The notes under the pieces: generated by a model
The model's database searches: none
Told to the model about the DNA's origin: nothing
Seen by the model: only the letters and a program-made list of their open reading frames with translations
Translations under genes and position numbers: made by a program
Shown: in pieces, positions 9,017 to 17,464 of the stretch
Numbering within the stretch: position 1 is the first letter of the stretch
How the letters are laid out: each line of letters starts with the position of its first letter
From: Flavobacterium sp.
GTDB lineage: Bacteria; Bacteroidota; Bacteroidia; Flavobacteriales; Flavobacteriaceae
Assembly: GCF_027531905.1 (NCBI RefSeq)
Contig: NZ_JAPZSU010000014.1
Location: forward strand, 24,881 to 88,880
Reading direction: 5' to 3'
DNA length: 64,000 nucleotides

Positions 9017-9181
9017 TTATTCACCATTCTTCTTTATTTCTTTTAATTTATATTGATAATATTCCGTTTTAACATCTAAATATTTTTTCACTAAAACATA
9101 AGTTCTTATCAAAAAAAGAATAAAAACAATAACAAGTAAACTTGGTATTAAACTTATCGCTACATCTATAAAATTTTCCAT
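9017..9181 (-). CDS. Small single-TM protein, 54 aa, not in ORF track (MENFIDVAISLIPSLLVIVFILFLIRTYVLVKKYLDVKTEYYQYKLKEIKKNGE)
   Basis: Manual translation ATG 9181 to TAA 9017; starts 2 nt after the stop of the 9184 ORF; TM plus KKYLD. Confidence 0.75.
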   Translation of the reverse strand: MENFIDVAISLIPSLLVIVFILFLIRTYVLVKKYLDVKTEYYQYKLKEIKKNGE

Positions 9182-9183
9182 AA

Positions 9184-10597
9184 TTATTTATTTTTAATAT
9201 TTTTTGTTGTAACACAACATATTTTACCTGTTACCTTATCTACTAATAATTCAATTAATTTTCTTTGCTTTATACCAAACTCAAGCCCTTCCATTTTAAT
9301 TCCGACTAGAATATATCCTGAAATTTGAATTTTGGCAACATCAGTCGAAAATGACGCATCAGATAAAAGCATTGAATTTTGAACCCAATCAAGTCCTACA
9401 ACAGTATTTGATATAAAAGTTTTGGATTCCCCTTTATCAAACGAATATGGTGTTCCTGAATTAGACACAATTTCAATTGATAAATCAACTATAGGAGTTA
9501 ATGGGATTGTCTTTGTAGCCCATATTTGGTTTTGAAGAATTCTAAAATCATTACTATCTGAATAATCACTAACTTCAGTTTTTAATTGTTCCATTACTTC
9601 TAATAGTCCCGAAAAATTGCTTATTAATACAGGATTTGATATCTCTGATTGAGCAACAATTTCAAAACTATCATTGCCAGTAAACCAATATTCAAACTGC
9701 TCTATACTTACATCAGGATTTTGCTTCAAGAAAGCATTAGCCCAATGAGGAAAACTATCATTGCCAAGAATGTAATTTAATCCTTCTAAATTTGGTATAA
9801 TAGAAACTCCTTCACTATCACTTATTCCTGTACCACCCTCACCAGAACCTCCAGAACCTCCTCCTATAACACTTCCTCCTGCATCAATATATACAGGATC
9901 AGGTCCAACTGGTTCGGAACCACATAATCTATAACTTTCATAACCAACACATAAATTACATTGGTCACAAGTGCCACTCGCACAATCACCTGTTCTTGTG
10001 CAATGCCAAAACTCAACAAAAATTGTTGTACAATTAAGTTGGGAACTTCTAGAAGTTTTTCCTGAATTTGATAAATTGGATTGATATAAACGGCTAATAG
10101 TTCCTTCAAATTTGGAATTAACCCCTTGTTTTAAAGATAATAAATACTCCTTAGTTGGTTTTAATTCTACAAGAATACTTTGCCACCCTTGTTTATAAAA
10201 CATGGTTAAGTTATAAATATTATTTGATTTTATGTTCTTAGGATGAACTTGAAAGGTATAGGTTGTCTTCTTATCTCTTACTAACTTTTTGATTACGATA
10301 GTGTCGATAACAAATTCATTTAATACATGCTTGTTTGTATTCTCTTTTTTAAGTCCCGCATCCAATGTCCCATCAATTTTGAATTTGTTTTCGAAATCCA
10401 AAAGTCCTGATTCCTTCTTAAAACGATCAAAAGTAATGTCTTTTTCATTAAAACTACTCTGTTTTTCGAAAGAATCATAACTATCCTTACTACAATTGAT
10501 AAAAAATAAAAAACAAGCCATAACACTAAGATATAAAGTTGCTTTTTTTCTAAAAGGCTGACTTCTTGTGTGTGTGTGTGTGTGTGTGTAATTTCAT
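9184..10597 (-). CDS. Large modular hypothetical lipoprotein, probably phase-variable. True start likely ATG 10597, currently out of frame; the open body is 9184-10521
   Basis: FFINC|SKD lipobox; Cys-rich cluster; Gly/Ser linker; upstream in-frame RSQPFRKKATLYLSV signal n/h-region is separated from ATG 10597 by a (CA)11 tract. Confidence 0.7.
10567..10589. repeat. Dinucleotide microsatellite (TG)11T / A(CA)11
   Basis: Perfect 23-nt alternating tract; the only long dinucleotide SSR I noticed in the window. Confidence 0.98.
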
Positions 10598-10622
10598 AAT
10601 TATTTATATTTGTTAATAAAAT

Positions 10623-10630
10623 CAAAGATA
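10623..10630 (-). promoter_or_regulatory. -7 element (TATCTTTG) for the lipoprotein operon
   Basis: Exact TAnnTTTG 26 nt upstream of ATG 10597. Confidence 0.6.
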
Positions 10631-10879
10631 TTTAAATTTAATTAACAAACATATACCCACATTTAGTGATATTTCAATAAAAAATAAATCTTATAAAATT
10701 CATTTACTGACAAACTACTTTCTGAGTTTCACAAAATTTAGACAAATTACTGCGAGCAACTAATGCCTATATTCTTTTAAAAATAAAACCTTACATTACA
10801 TGTTTTCACACCTGCCAATTTTCAAAAACCTATCAAATTAATAATTCAAAAGAACTATTAAAAAATTCACTTTTCTATA

Positions 10880-11161
10880 CAACGGATTAAAATCCGTTGC
10901 TACAAAATGTTTCGTTCCTACGGAACTAGCACAACCCAAAAAGAGCCGTAGACTCGGCATATATTATAGGGCTGGACTTCAGTTGCTACAAAATATTTCG
11001 TTCCTACGGAACTTGCACACCCCAAAAAGAGTCGTAGACTCGGCATATCTTATAGGGCTGGACTTCAGTCCAGTTAACAGCAAACCATATGAATAAAAGA
11101 GCCATAGGCTCGGTCCATTTTATTTTACAAAAAAAAGCAACGGATTACAATCCGTTGCTAT
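10880..11161. repeat. REP/REPIN-like palindrome cluster including an 86-bp tandem duplication (10896-10981, 10982-11067)
   Basis: GTAG/ATAG-prefixed palindromes (GTAGCAACGGATTTTAATCCGTTG on minus; ATAGGGCTGGACTTCAGTCCAG; ATAGCAACGGATTGTAATCCGTTGCT on minus) with secondary palindromes GTTCCTACGGAAC, GAGCCGTAGACTC, GAGCCATAGGCTC. Confidence 0.85.
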
Positions 11162-11205
11162 AAAAAACATTCTCTCTTTGAGTCTTGTCTATTCTATATA
11201 GAACA

Positions 11206-12624
11206 CTACTCCTTCAACACTTTACGCTGCGTAACATAATACACTGGAATTCCAGTAAGCATAATCAGTACGCCCCAACCACAAGTAGAGAATTTGGTAA
11301 ACAATAACGAAATACAAATTGCCGAAGCAATTACGATATACAAACCTGGCAAAAACGGATAGCCAAACGCTTTGTAAGGACGCTCAGCGTCGGGCATTTT
11401 TTTACGCAGAATAAAAATACCGTAGATGGTCAAAATGTAAAAAATCAAAACAATGATGATTACAAAATCCAATAAATCGCCGTATTTGCCTGTCAAACAC
11501 AATGCCGAAGCCCAAAAACACTGTGCCCAAAGCGCCCAACCTGGTACACTTTTCTCATTCAATTGTGCAGCTTGTTTGAAAAACAAACCGTCTTTTGCCA
11601 TCGTATAATACACTCGGGAGCCCGCCATAATCAATCCGTTGTTGCAGGCAAAAGTCGAAATCATAATCATCACCGCAATAATCACTGTACCATAATCGCC
11701 AAACGTATACTGAGAAGCAACCACCGCTACCCTATCGGATTTGGCTGTAGCAATTTCTTCTATTGGAATAACCGCCAAATACATCAAATTGGTCAACACA
11801 TAAATAATCGTCACAATGAAAGTCCCTAGAAACAAACTCAAGCCCACATTACGTTTTGGATTTTTCAATTCGGCTGCAATAAAAGTAACTCCGTTCCAAG
11901 CATCACTAGAGAATAACGACCCCACCATAGCTGCCGAAATTCCAGTCAATAAAGCCGTTCCTGCAATTGGTGTCCATTGTTTTGTGTCTAAATTATAAGA
12001 TTTGGTTTCCCATACATCCGTCCAGTTTACGTCCCAAACTTCGGCTTTTGCTGCCAGAATGAATCCAAAAACAATCAAACCAAAAAGAGACAAAATTTTG
12101 ATAATCGTAAGCACGGTTTGCAACGTTTTGCTGTCTTTTACGCCGCGACTGTTGAGATAGGTTAAGAAAACAATCGTAATAATGGAAACAATTTGAGCCG
12201 CATTGAGTTGAAAAGCACCCAAATCGAGTAAAATGTTTTCATCGCTCAACGATGGAACCAAATAAGCGGCAAACTTAGAAAAACCTACACCTACCGCAGC
12301 AATAGTTCCAGTTTGAATCACTGCAAAAAAACTCCAACCGAACAGAAACGCAATCAATTTATTATACGCTTCCTTAAGATACACGTATTGTCCGCCAGCA
12401 TTGGGCATCATGGCACTCAATTCGCCATAACTCACCGCAGCAATCATGGTGATTAGTCCAGAAATAATCCAAATTAAAGTAAGCCAAGCAGCTGAACCTA
12501 CTTGTCTGGCAATATCGGCACTTACAATAAAAATTCCTGAGCCAATCATAGAACCTACTACGAGCATGGTACCGTCTAAAAGTCCGAGTTCGCGTTTAAA
12601 ATCTTCGGGTTTGTTGTCTTGCAT
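11206..12624 (-). CDS. APC-superfamily amino acid permease
   Basis: GSMIGSGIF, AAVSYGELSAMMPNAGGQYVYL, ~12 TM, ERPYKAFGYP. Confidence 0.93.
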   Translation of the reverse strand: MQDNKPEDFKRELGLLDGTMLVVGSMIGSGIFIVSADIARQVGSAAWLTLIWIISGLITMIAAVSYGELSAMMPNAGGQYVYLKEAYNKLIAFLFGWSFFAVIQTGTIAAVGVGFSKFAAYLVPSLSDENILLDLGAFQLNAAQIVSIITIVFLTYLNSRGVKDSKTLQTVLTIIKILSLFGLIVFGFILAAKAEVWDVNWTDVWETKSYNLDTKQWTPIAGTALLTGISAAMVGSLFSSDAWNGVTFIAAELKNPKRNVGLSLFLGTFIVTIIYVLTNLMYLAVIPIEEIATAKSDRVAVVASQYTFGDYGTVIIAVMIMISTFACNNGLIMAGSRVYYTMAKDGLFFKQAAQLNEKSVPGWALWAQCFWASALCLTGKYGDLLDFVIIIVLIFYILTIYGIFILRKKMPDAERPYKAFGYPFLPGLYIVIASAICISLLFTKFSTCGWGVLIMLTGIPVYYVTQRKVLKE

Positions 12625-12878
12625 GGGTTGTTTTTTTGATTTTAGTTGGCTAAAGATATACTTTTTTGTTAAAATTTGAACTTCTTACAAAAAAGAAAAG
12701 AACATAATTTACAACTCATTCAATAGAAAGGAAACTGAAAAACTATACTTGTATAACGAAAGAAAATGCAAATACTAATTTTTAAAGAACTACCTCAAAA
12801 CACAACCCTCTAGAAGAAAAGCAATTGTTTTTTTTAGTATTTTTGAAGATGTCTCCAAAAGGGTACTATGATAACTTA

Positions 12879-12988
12879 TAGCCCCGGGAGGAGTGGCATC
12901 CTTTGTCTTTTTTCTTTAAAAAGACAAAGATATAGCGGATCACGGGACTTTGATGGCCAAAAAGCCTCTTGTTACTGCTCCTAAAAAT
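12879..12988 (+). ncRNA. Flavo-1-like structured intergenic element, copy B (core 12879-12947)
   Basis: TAGCCCCGGGAGGAGTGGCATC-CTTTGTCTTTTT/AAAAAGACAAAG-GATATAGCGGATCACGGGA; covaries with copy A. Confidence 0.55.
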
Positions 12989-13008
12989 CAACCAATTAAA
13001 ATTTTAAA

Positions 13009-13584
13009 ATGTTAGAGCGCATCGACATCATCAATAATTTTAATCCCTTAAAAGGAGATTCAGACACTGACACTTTTGTGAGATACAGAAAGAGTAAATG
13101 GCTCTTACTCGTGAATGGAGTTTTGGCAGGAATTTGTTTTTTGTTTGTTTTTTTTGCAATTATAAATGAATACTTAGGACTTGAATATCTGCCAAAATGG
13201 AGCAAAAGCGGAACAATGTTTCTGGTTTCATTTTCGTTTTTTATTAATCTACAAAGTGAAATTTATAAAACGCTTTTACTACAACATTTGATTAGAATTG
13301 AAAATAAAAACAGTAGCCAAATTGAAGAAATAAATTCGAAATTGGAGGCTATTCTTCGTAATATAACCAATACCAAAAAAGGATTACCTATCATTCTACT
13401 TGCAATTTTACTAATTATCGGAAGTGTAATCCAAATGCTTTCTGAGGGAGGCTTTCAATATTGGAATTATTTCATACTCCCTTTAATCGTCTTATTGTTT
13501 TTAAGTTTTTATAGAACGTTTTCCAATTACAAAGCCTTAAAAGAAAACATTACTACATTTGAAAATCAAACACTTTACACCTAA
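13009..13584 (+). CDS. Hypothetical 4-TM membrane protein
   Basis: 191-aa ORF with two pairs of hydrophobic helices; no family recognised. Confidence 0.7.
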   Translation: MLERIDIINNFNPLKGDSDTDTFVRYRKSKWLLLVNGVLAGICFLFVFFAIINEYLGLEYLPKWSKSGTMFLVSFSFFINLQSEIYKTLLLQHLIRIENKNSSQIEEINSKLEAILRNITNTKKGLPIILLAILLIIGSVIQMLSEGGFQYWNYFILPLIVLLFLSFYRTFSNYKALKENITTFENQTLYT

Positions 13585-13591
13585 TTCCCTA

Positions 13592-13942
13592 ATGAAAAAA
13601 CTACTCCTATCCCTATTATTTTTGGTTTTCAGTGTTTCTGCTGCTACTGCACAAACGCAGTTAGAGATGAACGAAAAAGCGTCACTAGATTACAAGAAAG
13701 CCGATGCGGAACTTAACAAAGTTTATAAAAAGTTGGTATCGCTTTTGGACAAAAATGAAAAAGTGTTACTCATTCAAGCGCAAAAAGATTGGATAAAATA
13801 CAGAGATTCGCATTGTAAATTTGAAGCTGACCCTTATACAGGTGGAAGCATAAAACCTTTAATTTTGCTGACTTGTTTGGAGGAAATCACCAGAGAAAGA
13901 ACCAAACATTTGAAGGAAAGTCTCAAAAATTTAAACCGATAA
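13592..13942 (+). CDS. Lysozyme inhibitor LprI / DUF1311 family secreted protein
   Basis: Signal MKKLLLSLLF..SAATA; ADAELNKVY, QAQKDWIKYRDSHC, C...T.ERT motifs; start taken as ATG 13592. Confidence 0.85.
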   Translation: MKKLLLSLLFLVFSVSAATAQTQLEMNEKASLDYKKADAELNKVYKKLVSLLDKNEKVLLIQAQKDWIKYRDSHCKFEADPYTGGSIKPLILLTCLEEITRERTKHLKESLKNLNR

Positions 13943-13945
13943 GAC

Positions 13946-14296
13946 ATGGAAACCGTAGACTCCTATTTAGCGAAATTTCCCGAAGCGAGTCAGAAAAGAA
14001 TGCAGCAAATTAGAGCGCTCATTTTGGAAAAAGCGCCAGAGGCACAAGAAAGTATTAGCTACGGAATGCCCGCCTACAAAACCAATGGGAAGCCGTTGAT
14101 TTACTTTGCGGCTTTCAAAAATCATATTGGTTTGTATGCCACGCCCTCTGGACATTCGCATTTCGCTGAAGCACTTTCGTCCTACAAACAAGGCAAAGGC
14201 TCCGTGCAATTTCCGAATGAACAGCCGCTGCCGCTTGATTTAATCGCTGAAATTATAGCATTTAGAATAGAAGAAAACGCCTCTAAAACGCAGTAA
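13946..14296 (+). CDS. DUF1801 (YdhG/YdeI-like) protein
   Basis: AQESISYGMPAY, YFAAFKNHIGLY, GKGSVQFP..QPLP..LI. Confidence 0.88.
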   Translation: METVDSYLAKFPEASQKRMQQIRALILEKAPEAQESISYGMPAYKTNGKPLIYFAAFKNHIGLYATPSGHSHFAEALSSYKQGKGSVQFPNEQPLPLDLIAEIIAFRIEENASKTQ

Positions 14297-14297
14297 A

Positions 14298-14334
14298 AAA
14301 ACCTCATTTCGCTATGACAGCAAAATGAGGTTTT
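14298..14334. terminator. Bidirectional terminator between convergent genes
   Basis: AAAACCTCATTT / AAATGAGGTTTT 12-bp arms. Confidence 0.7.
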
Positions 14335-14384
14335 AAAAACAAACCATCTACAAGCAACAAACTAAACTAGTATAGCAAATTCTG

Positions 14385-15299
14385 CTATTTTTTTAAGCAA
14401 TCGCGCAAAGCGAAATCAAGATTCTTAAATTGAAAGCGGAATCCCAAATGCAATAATTTATCATTGGATATTCGTCTTCCGGTAAGGACTAGAACCGACA
14501 TTTCCCCGAGAACCCATTGCAACACAAAAGCTGGAACATTAGGCAACCAAACCGAATAACCATAAATGTAAGCTAGGGTTTTGGAAAAAAGAGTATTTGT
14601 GGTACTATCTTCTATTGCCGCATTGTAAGCGCCTTCCATTGCTTCATTTTCTATCGTTTCAAGATAAATTCCGCACAAATCGTGAATATGAATCCAAGGC
14701 ATGTATTGATTACCAGAACCCAATGCAGAACCGAATCCGTATCGAAAAATTGGAATCATTTTTTGCAAAAATCCTTCATTTTTACCCAAAACCAATCCTG
14801 TTCTCACTTTTACAGTTCGGATACCAAGTGCGGCTATGCTATCAGCGTTTTTTTCCCATTCTAGGCATACTTTACCCAAAAAATCGTGCGCTGCTGGTGA
14901 AGTTTCAGTACAAATTCCTTCGCCATTCAACGCGCCGTAAATTCCGATTCCAGATGCAGAAATAAAAGCTTTAACATTATTCTTCTTTGACTGTAAAACC
15001 GATGCCAATAAAGCAGTAGATTGTACTCTACTATCTAAAATTGCTTTTTTTCGGGTTACCGTCCAACGCTTATCGCCAATGGATTCTCCAGCCAAATGGA
15101 TGATATAGTCGGCATCCAAAACGGCTTTTTCCTCGATGTTGCCAGTAGAAACATCCCAAGTATAATAAGAAATATCTTCCGTGTTCTCCTTTGGTGTTCG
15201 TGTCAATACATTGACTGCATATCCCTTGTTGTGTAACATTTGAGTCAAATATTTCCCAACAAAACCAGTACCTCCTGTCAACAATACCCTCTTTTTCAT
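14385..15299 (-). CDS. TIGR01777 family NAD-dependent epimerase/oxidoreductase (YfcH-like)
   Basis: TGGTGFVG, HLAGESI..KRWT, ISASGIG.YG, VRTGLVL, GSGNQYMPWIHI.D, PAFVL..VLGEMS. Confidence 0.92.
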   Translation of the reverse strand: MKKRVLLTGGTGFVGKYLTQMLHNKGYAVNVLTRTPKENTEDISYYTWDVSTGNIEEKAVLDADYIIHLAGESIGDKRWTVTRKKAILDSRVQSTALLASVLQSKKNNVKAFISASGIGIYGALNGEGICTETSPAAHDFLGKVCLEWEKNADSIAALGIRTVKVRTGLVLGKNEGFLQKMIPIFRYGFGSALGSGNQYMPWIHIHDLCGIYLETIENEAMEGAYNAAIEDSTTNTLFSKTLAYIYGYSVWLPNVPAFVLQWVLGEMSVLVLTGRRISNDKLLHLGFRFQFKNLDFALRDCLKK

Positions 15300-15350
15300 T
15301 TTATTTTTTTTGTGTTATCAAAATAACTTATGCAAACATAGGTTAAAATT

Positions 15351-15382
15351 TTGTTTAACATTATTAATAATAAGTTAAACAA
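15351..15382. promoter_or_regulatory. Palindromic operator TTGTTTA-N18-TAAACAA over the divergent TIGR01777/tetR promoters (putative CarH site)
   Basis: 9-bp arms TTGTTTAAC/GTTAAACAA; same N18 spacing as 37545-37576; -7 TATGTTTG (minus) at 15333-15340. Confidence 0.6.
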
Positions 15383-15417
15383 CAGTATCTTTATACTCTA
15401 ATTTAAACGGAACTAAA

Positions 15418-16080
15418 ATGGCAACTAAAAAAACAGTACTTACCAAAGACAAAATCGTATCATTCTATATGAATCACGTATTGGAAAACAATGAAAAACC
15501 AAAATCGATTTATCAATTTGCTCAGCAAAACGGATTTAGCGAAGCCGAGTTTTATACTTTTTTTGGAACACTTGAAGCTATCGAGAAGGAAATCTTCATT
15601 CAATTTTTTGATAAAACCATCGAATTGCTAGAAAAAAACCCAGCATATGCTAGTTATGAAATGCGTTCCAAACTGTTGAGTTTCTATTTTACTTTCTTTG
15701 AATTGCTTACTGCGAATCGAAGTTATGTTTTATATGCTTTGCAACAGCATAAAAATCAGTTAAAAAACGTAATGATTTTGGCTGATGTTCGTAAAAAATT
15801 CAAAAATTATATAGGTGAAATTACCACAGATGATTTCCGCATTCAAATCGAGCGTTTTCAGGAATACCAAGAAAAAGCGACAACCGAGTCATTATGGATT
15901 CAGTTTTTACTCACCTTAAAGTTTTGGATGGACGACAGTTCCGCTGGATTTGAAAAAACAGACATCTATATCGAAAAATCAGTAAAAGCTGCTTTCGAAT
16001 TAATGAACATTACTCCTATTGAAAGTTTAATCGATTTTGGCAAATTTATTTTCAAAGAAAAAATACAAAAACAAGACTAA
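15418..16080 (+). CDS. TetR-family transcriptional regulator
   Basis: N-terminal HTH-like KPKSIYQFAQQNGFSEAEFYTFFG; C-terminal FWMDD.S..FEKTD.YIEKSV. Confidence 0.8.
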   Translation: MATKKTVLTKDKIVSFYMNHVLENNEKPKSIYQFAQQNGFSEAEFYTFFGTLEAIEKEIFIQFFDKTIELLEKNPAYASYEMRSKLLSFYFTFFELLTANRSYVLYALQQHKNQLKNVMILADVRKKFKNYIGEITTDDFRIQIERFQEYQEKATTESLWIQFLLTLKFWMDDSSAGFEKTDIYIEKSVKAAFELMNITPIESLIDFGKFIFKEKIQKQD

Positions 16081-16154
16081 AAATGCGGTGACTCTCTGCT
16101 TGTTGTAACCAACAACAGCACACAAACCCCTTCATTACAGTAAAAAAAATATAA

Positions 16155-17462
16155 ATGAAAACTATAGACTATATTCCTACTTCAAAGATTGAAAGAGCGA
16201 CCAAATTGGTGCAAACGGGTGCAAAAGTAGGCGTGAATTACCTAAAATATTACGGCGAAAAAATAGTCAACTCAGATTTAACGAGAGATAAACTCAATGA
16301 AGACAATGCCGAAGATATTTATGATGGACTAAAAAGCTTGAAAGGAAGTGCGCTGAAAGTAGCACAAATGCTGAGTATGGACAAAAATTTTCTACCGCAA
16401 GCTTATGTAGAAAAATTTTCATTGTCGCAGTTTTCTGTTCCGCCGCTTTCAGCTCCTTTGGTACTCAAAACCTTCAAATCGAATTTTGGCAAAACCCCTT
16501 ATGAGATTTTTGATGAATTCAATGCCGAATCGGTAAACGCAGCAAGTATTGGTCAAGTGCATTTGGCCAAGAAAAACGGAAAAAAATTGGCCGTAAAAAT
16601 TCAATATCCAGGTGTTGCCAATAGCATTTCTTCGGATTTGGCTTTGGTAAAACCAATGGCGATTCGAATGTTTAATCTACAAGGCAAAGATTCTGATAAA
16701 TACTTTAAAGAAGTAGAGGACAAATTGATTGAAGAAACCAATTATACGCTTGAACTAAAACAGAGTCAAGAAGTAGTCGCTGCCTGCCAAAAGATAGACA
16801 ACTTGGTTTTCCCTGCTTACTATCCTGAATTTTCATCCGAAAAAATCCTGACGATGGATTGGATGACAGGCAAACATTTATCTGAGTTCACTGCTGAAAA
16901 TACCAATCAAGAAACTGCCAACAAAGTGGGACAAGCGCTTTGGGATTTTTATATGTACCAAATTCACGTCTTACGAAAAGTGCACGCCGACCCACATCCT
17001 GGTAACTTTTTGGTAGATAATAACCAACAATTGGTCGCATTGGATTTTGGCTGTATGAAAAGCATTCCGAAGGACTTTTATGTGCCTTACTTTGAATTAA
17101 TCAACAAAGAAATCATCGACAACAAACAGCTTTTTAATGCCAAATTATTTGAACTTGAGATTTTAAGAAAAGAAGACACTCCAGAAGAAATCGCGTATTT
17201 CACGAGTATGTTTTATGACTTGCTATCGCTATTCACTTTGCCATTTCAAAATACACATTTCGATTTTTCGGATGAAGCCTTCTTTAACAATATTGCGCAA
17301 TTGGGCGAGCGATTTGCAAAAGACACCAACCTGCGCAAGATGAATGGTAATCGCGGTTCCAAGCATTTTATTTATATGAACAGAACATTCTTTGGCTTGT
17401 ATAATTTGATGTTTGACCTCAAGGCTTCCATTGCCGTAAATCAATACCAAAACTATTTATAA
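16155..17462 (+). CDS. ABC1/AarF/UbiB-family atypical kinase
   Basis: KGSALKVAQMLS, AASIGQVH, AVKIQYPGV, E.NY..E, HADPHPGN, LDFGCMK. Confidence 0.92.
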   Translation: MKTIDYIPTSKIERATKLVQTGAKVGVNYLKYYGEKIVNSDLTRDKLNEDNAEDIYDGLKSLKGSALKVAQMLSMDKNFLPQAYVEKFSLSQFSVPPLSAPLVLKTFKSNFGKTPYEIFDEFNAESVNAASIGQVHLAKKNGKKLAVKIQYPGVANSISSDLALVKPMAIRMFNLQGKDSDKYFKEVEDKLIEETNYTLELKQSQEVVAACQKIDNLVFPAYYPEFSSEKILTMDWMTGKHLSEFTAENTNQETANKVGQALWDFYMYQIHVLRKVHADPHPGNFLVDNNQQLVALDFGCMKSIPKDFYVPYFELINKEIIDNKQLFNAKLFELEILRKEDTPEEIAYFTSMFYDLLSLFTLPFQNTHFDFSDEAFFNNIAQLGERFAKDTNLRKMNGNRGSKHFIYMNRTFFGLYNLMFDLKASIAVNQYQNYL

Positions 17463-17464
17463 AA

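Noticed and set aside
10320-10625. 101-aa ORF-track protein containing THTHTHT
   Set aside because: This is the third reading frame across the (CA)n tract. It overlaps the lipoprotein gene out of frame and its start lies inside the -7 box, so it is a shadow ORF.
10896-11067. Possible mini-CRISPR (repeated GTTCCTACGGAAC / GTTGCTACAAAA units)
   Set aside because: The whole 86-bp unit, including the would-be spacer, is duplicated. There are only two copies, no cas genes, and the motifs fit GTAG-type REPs.
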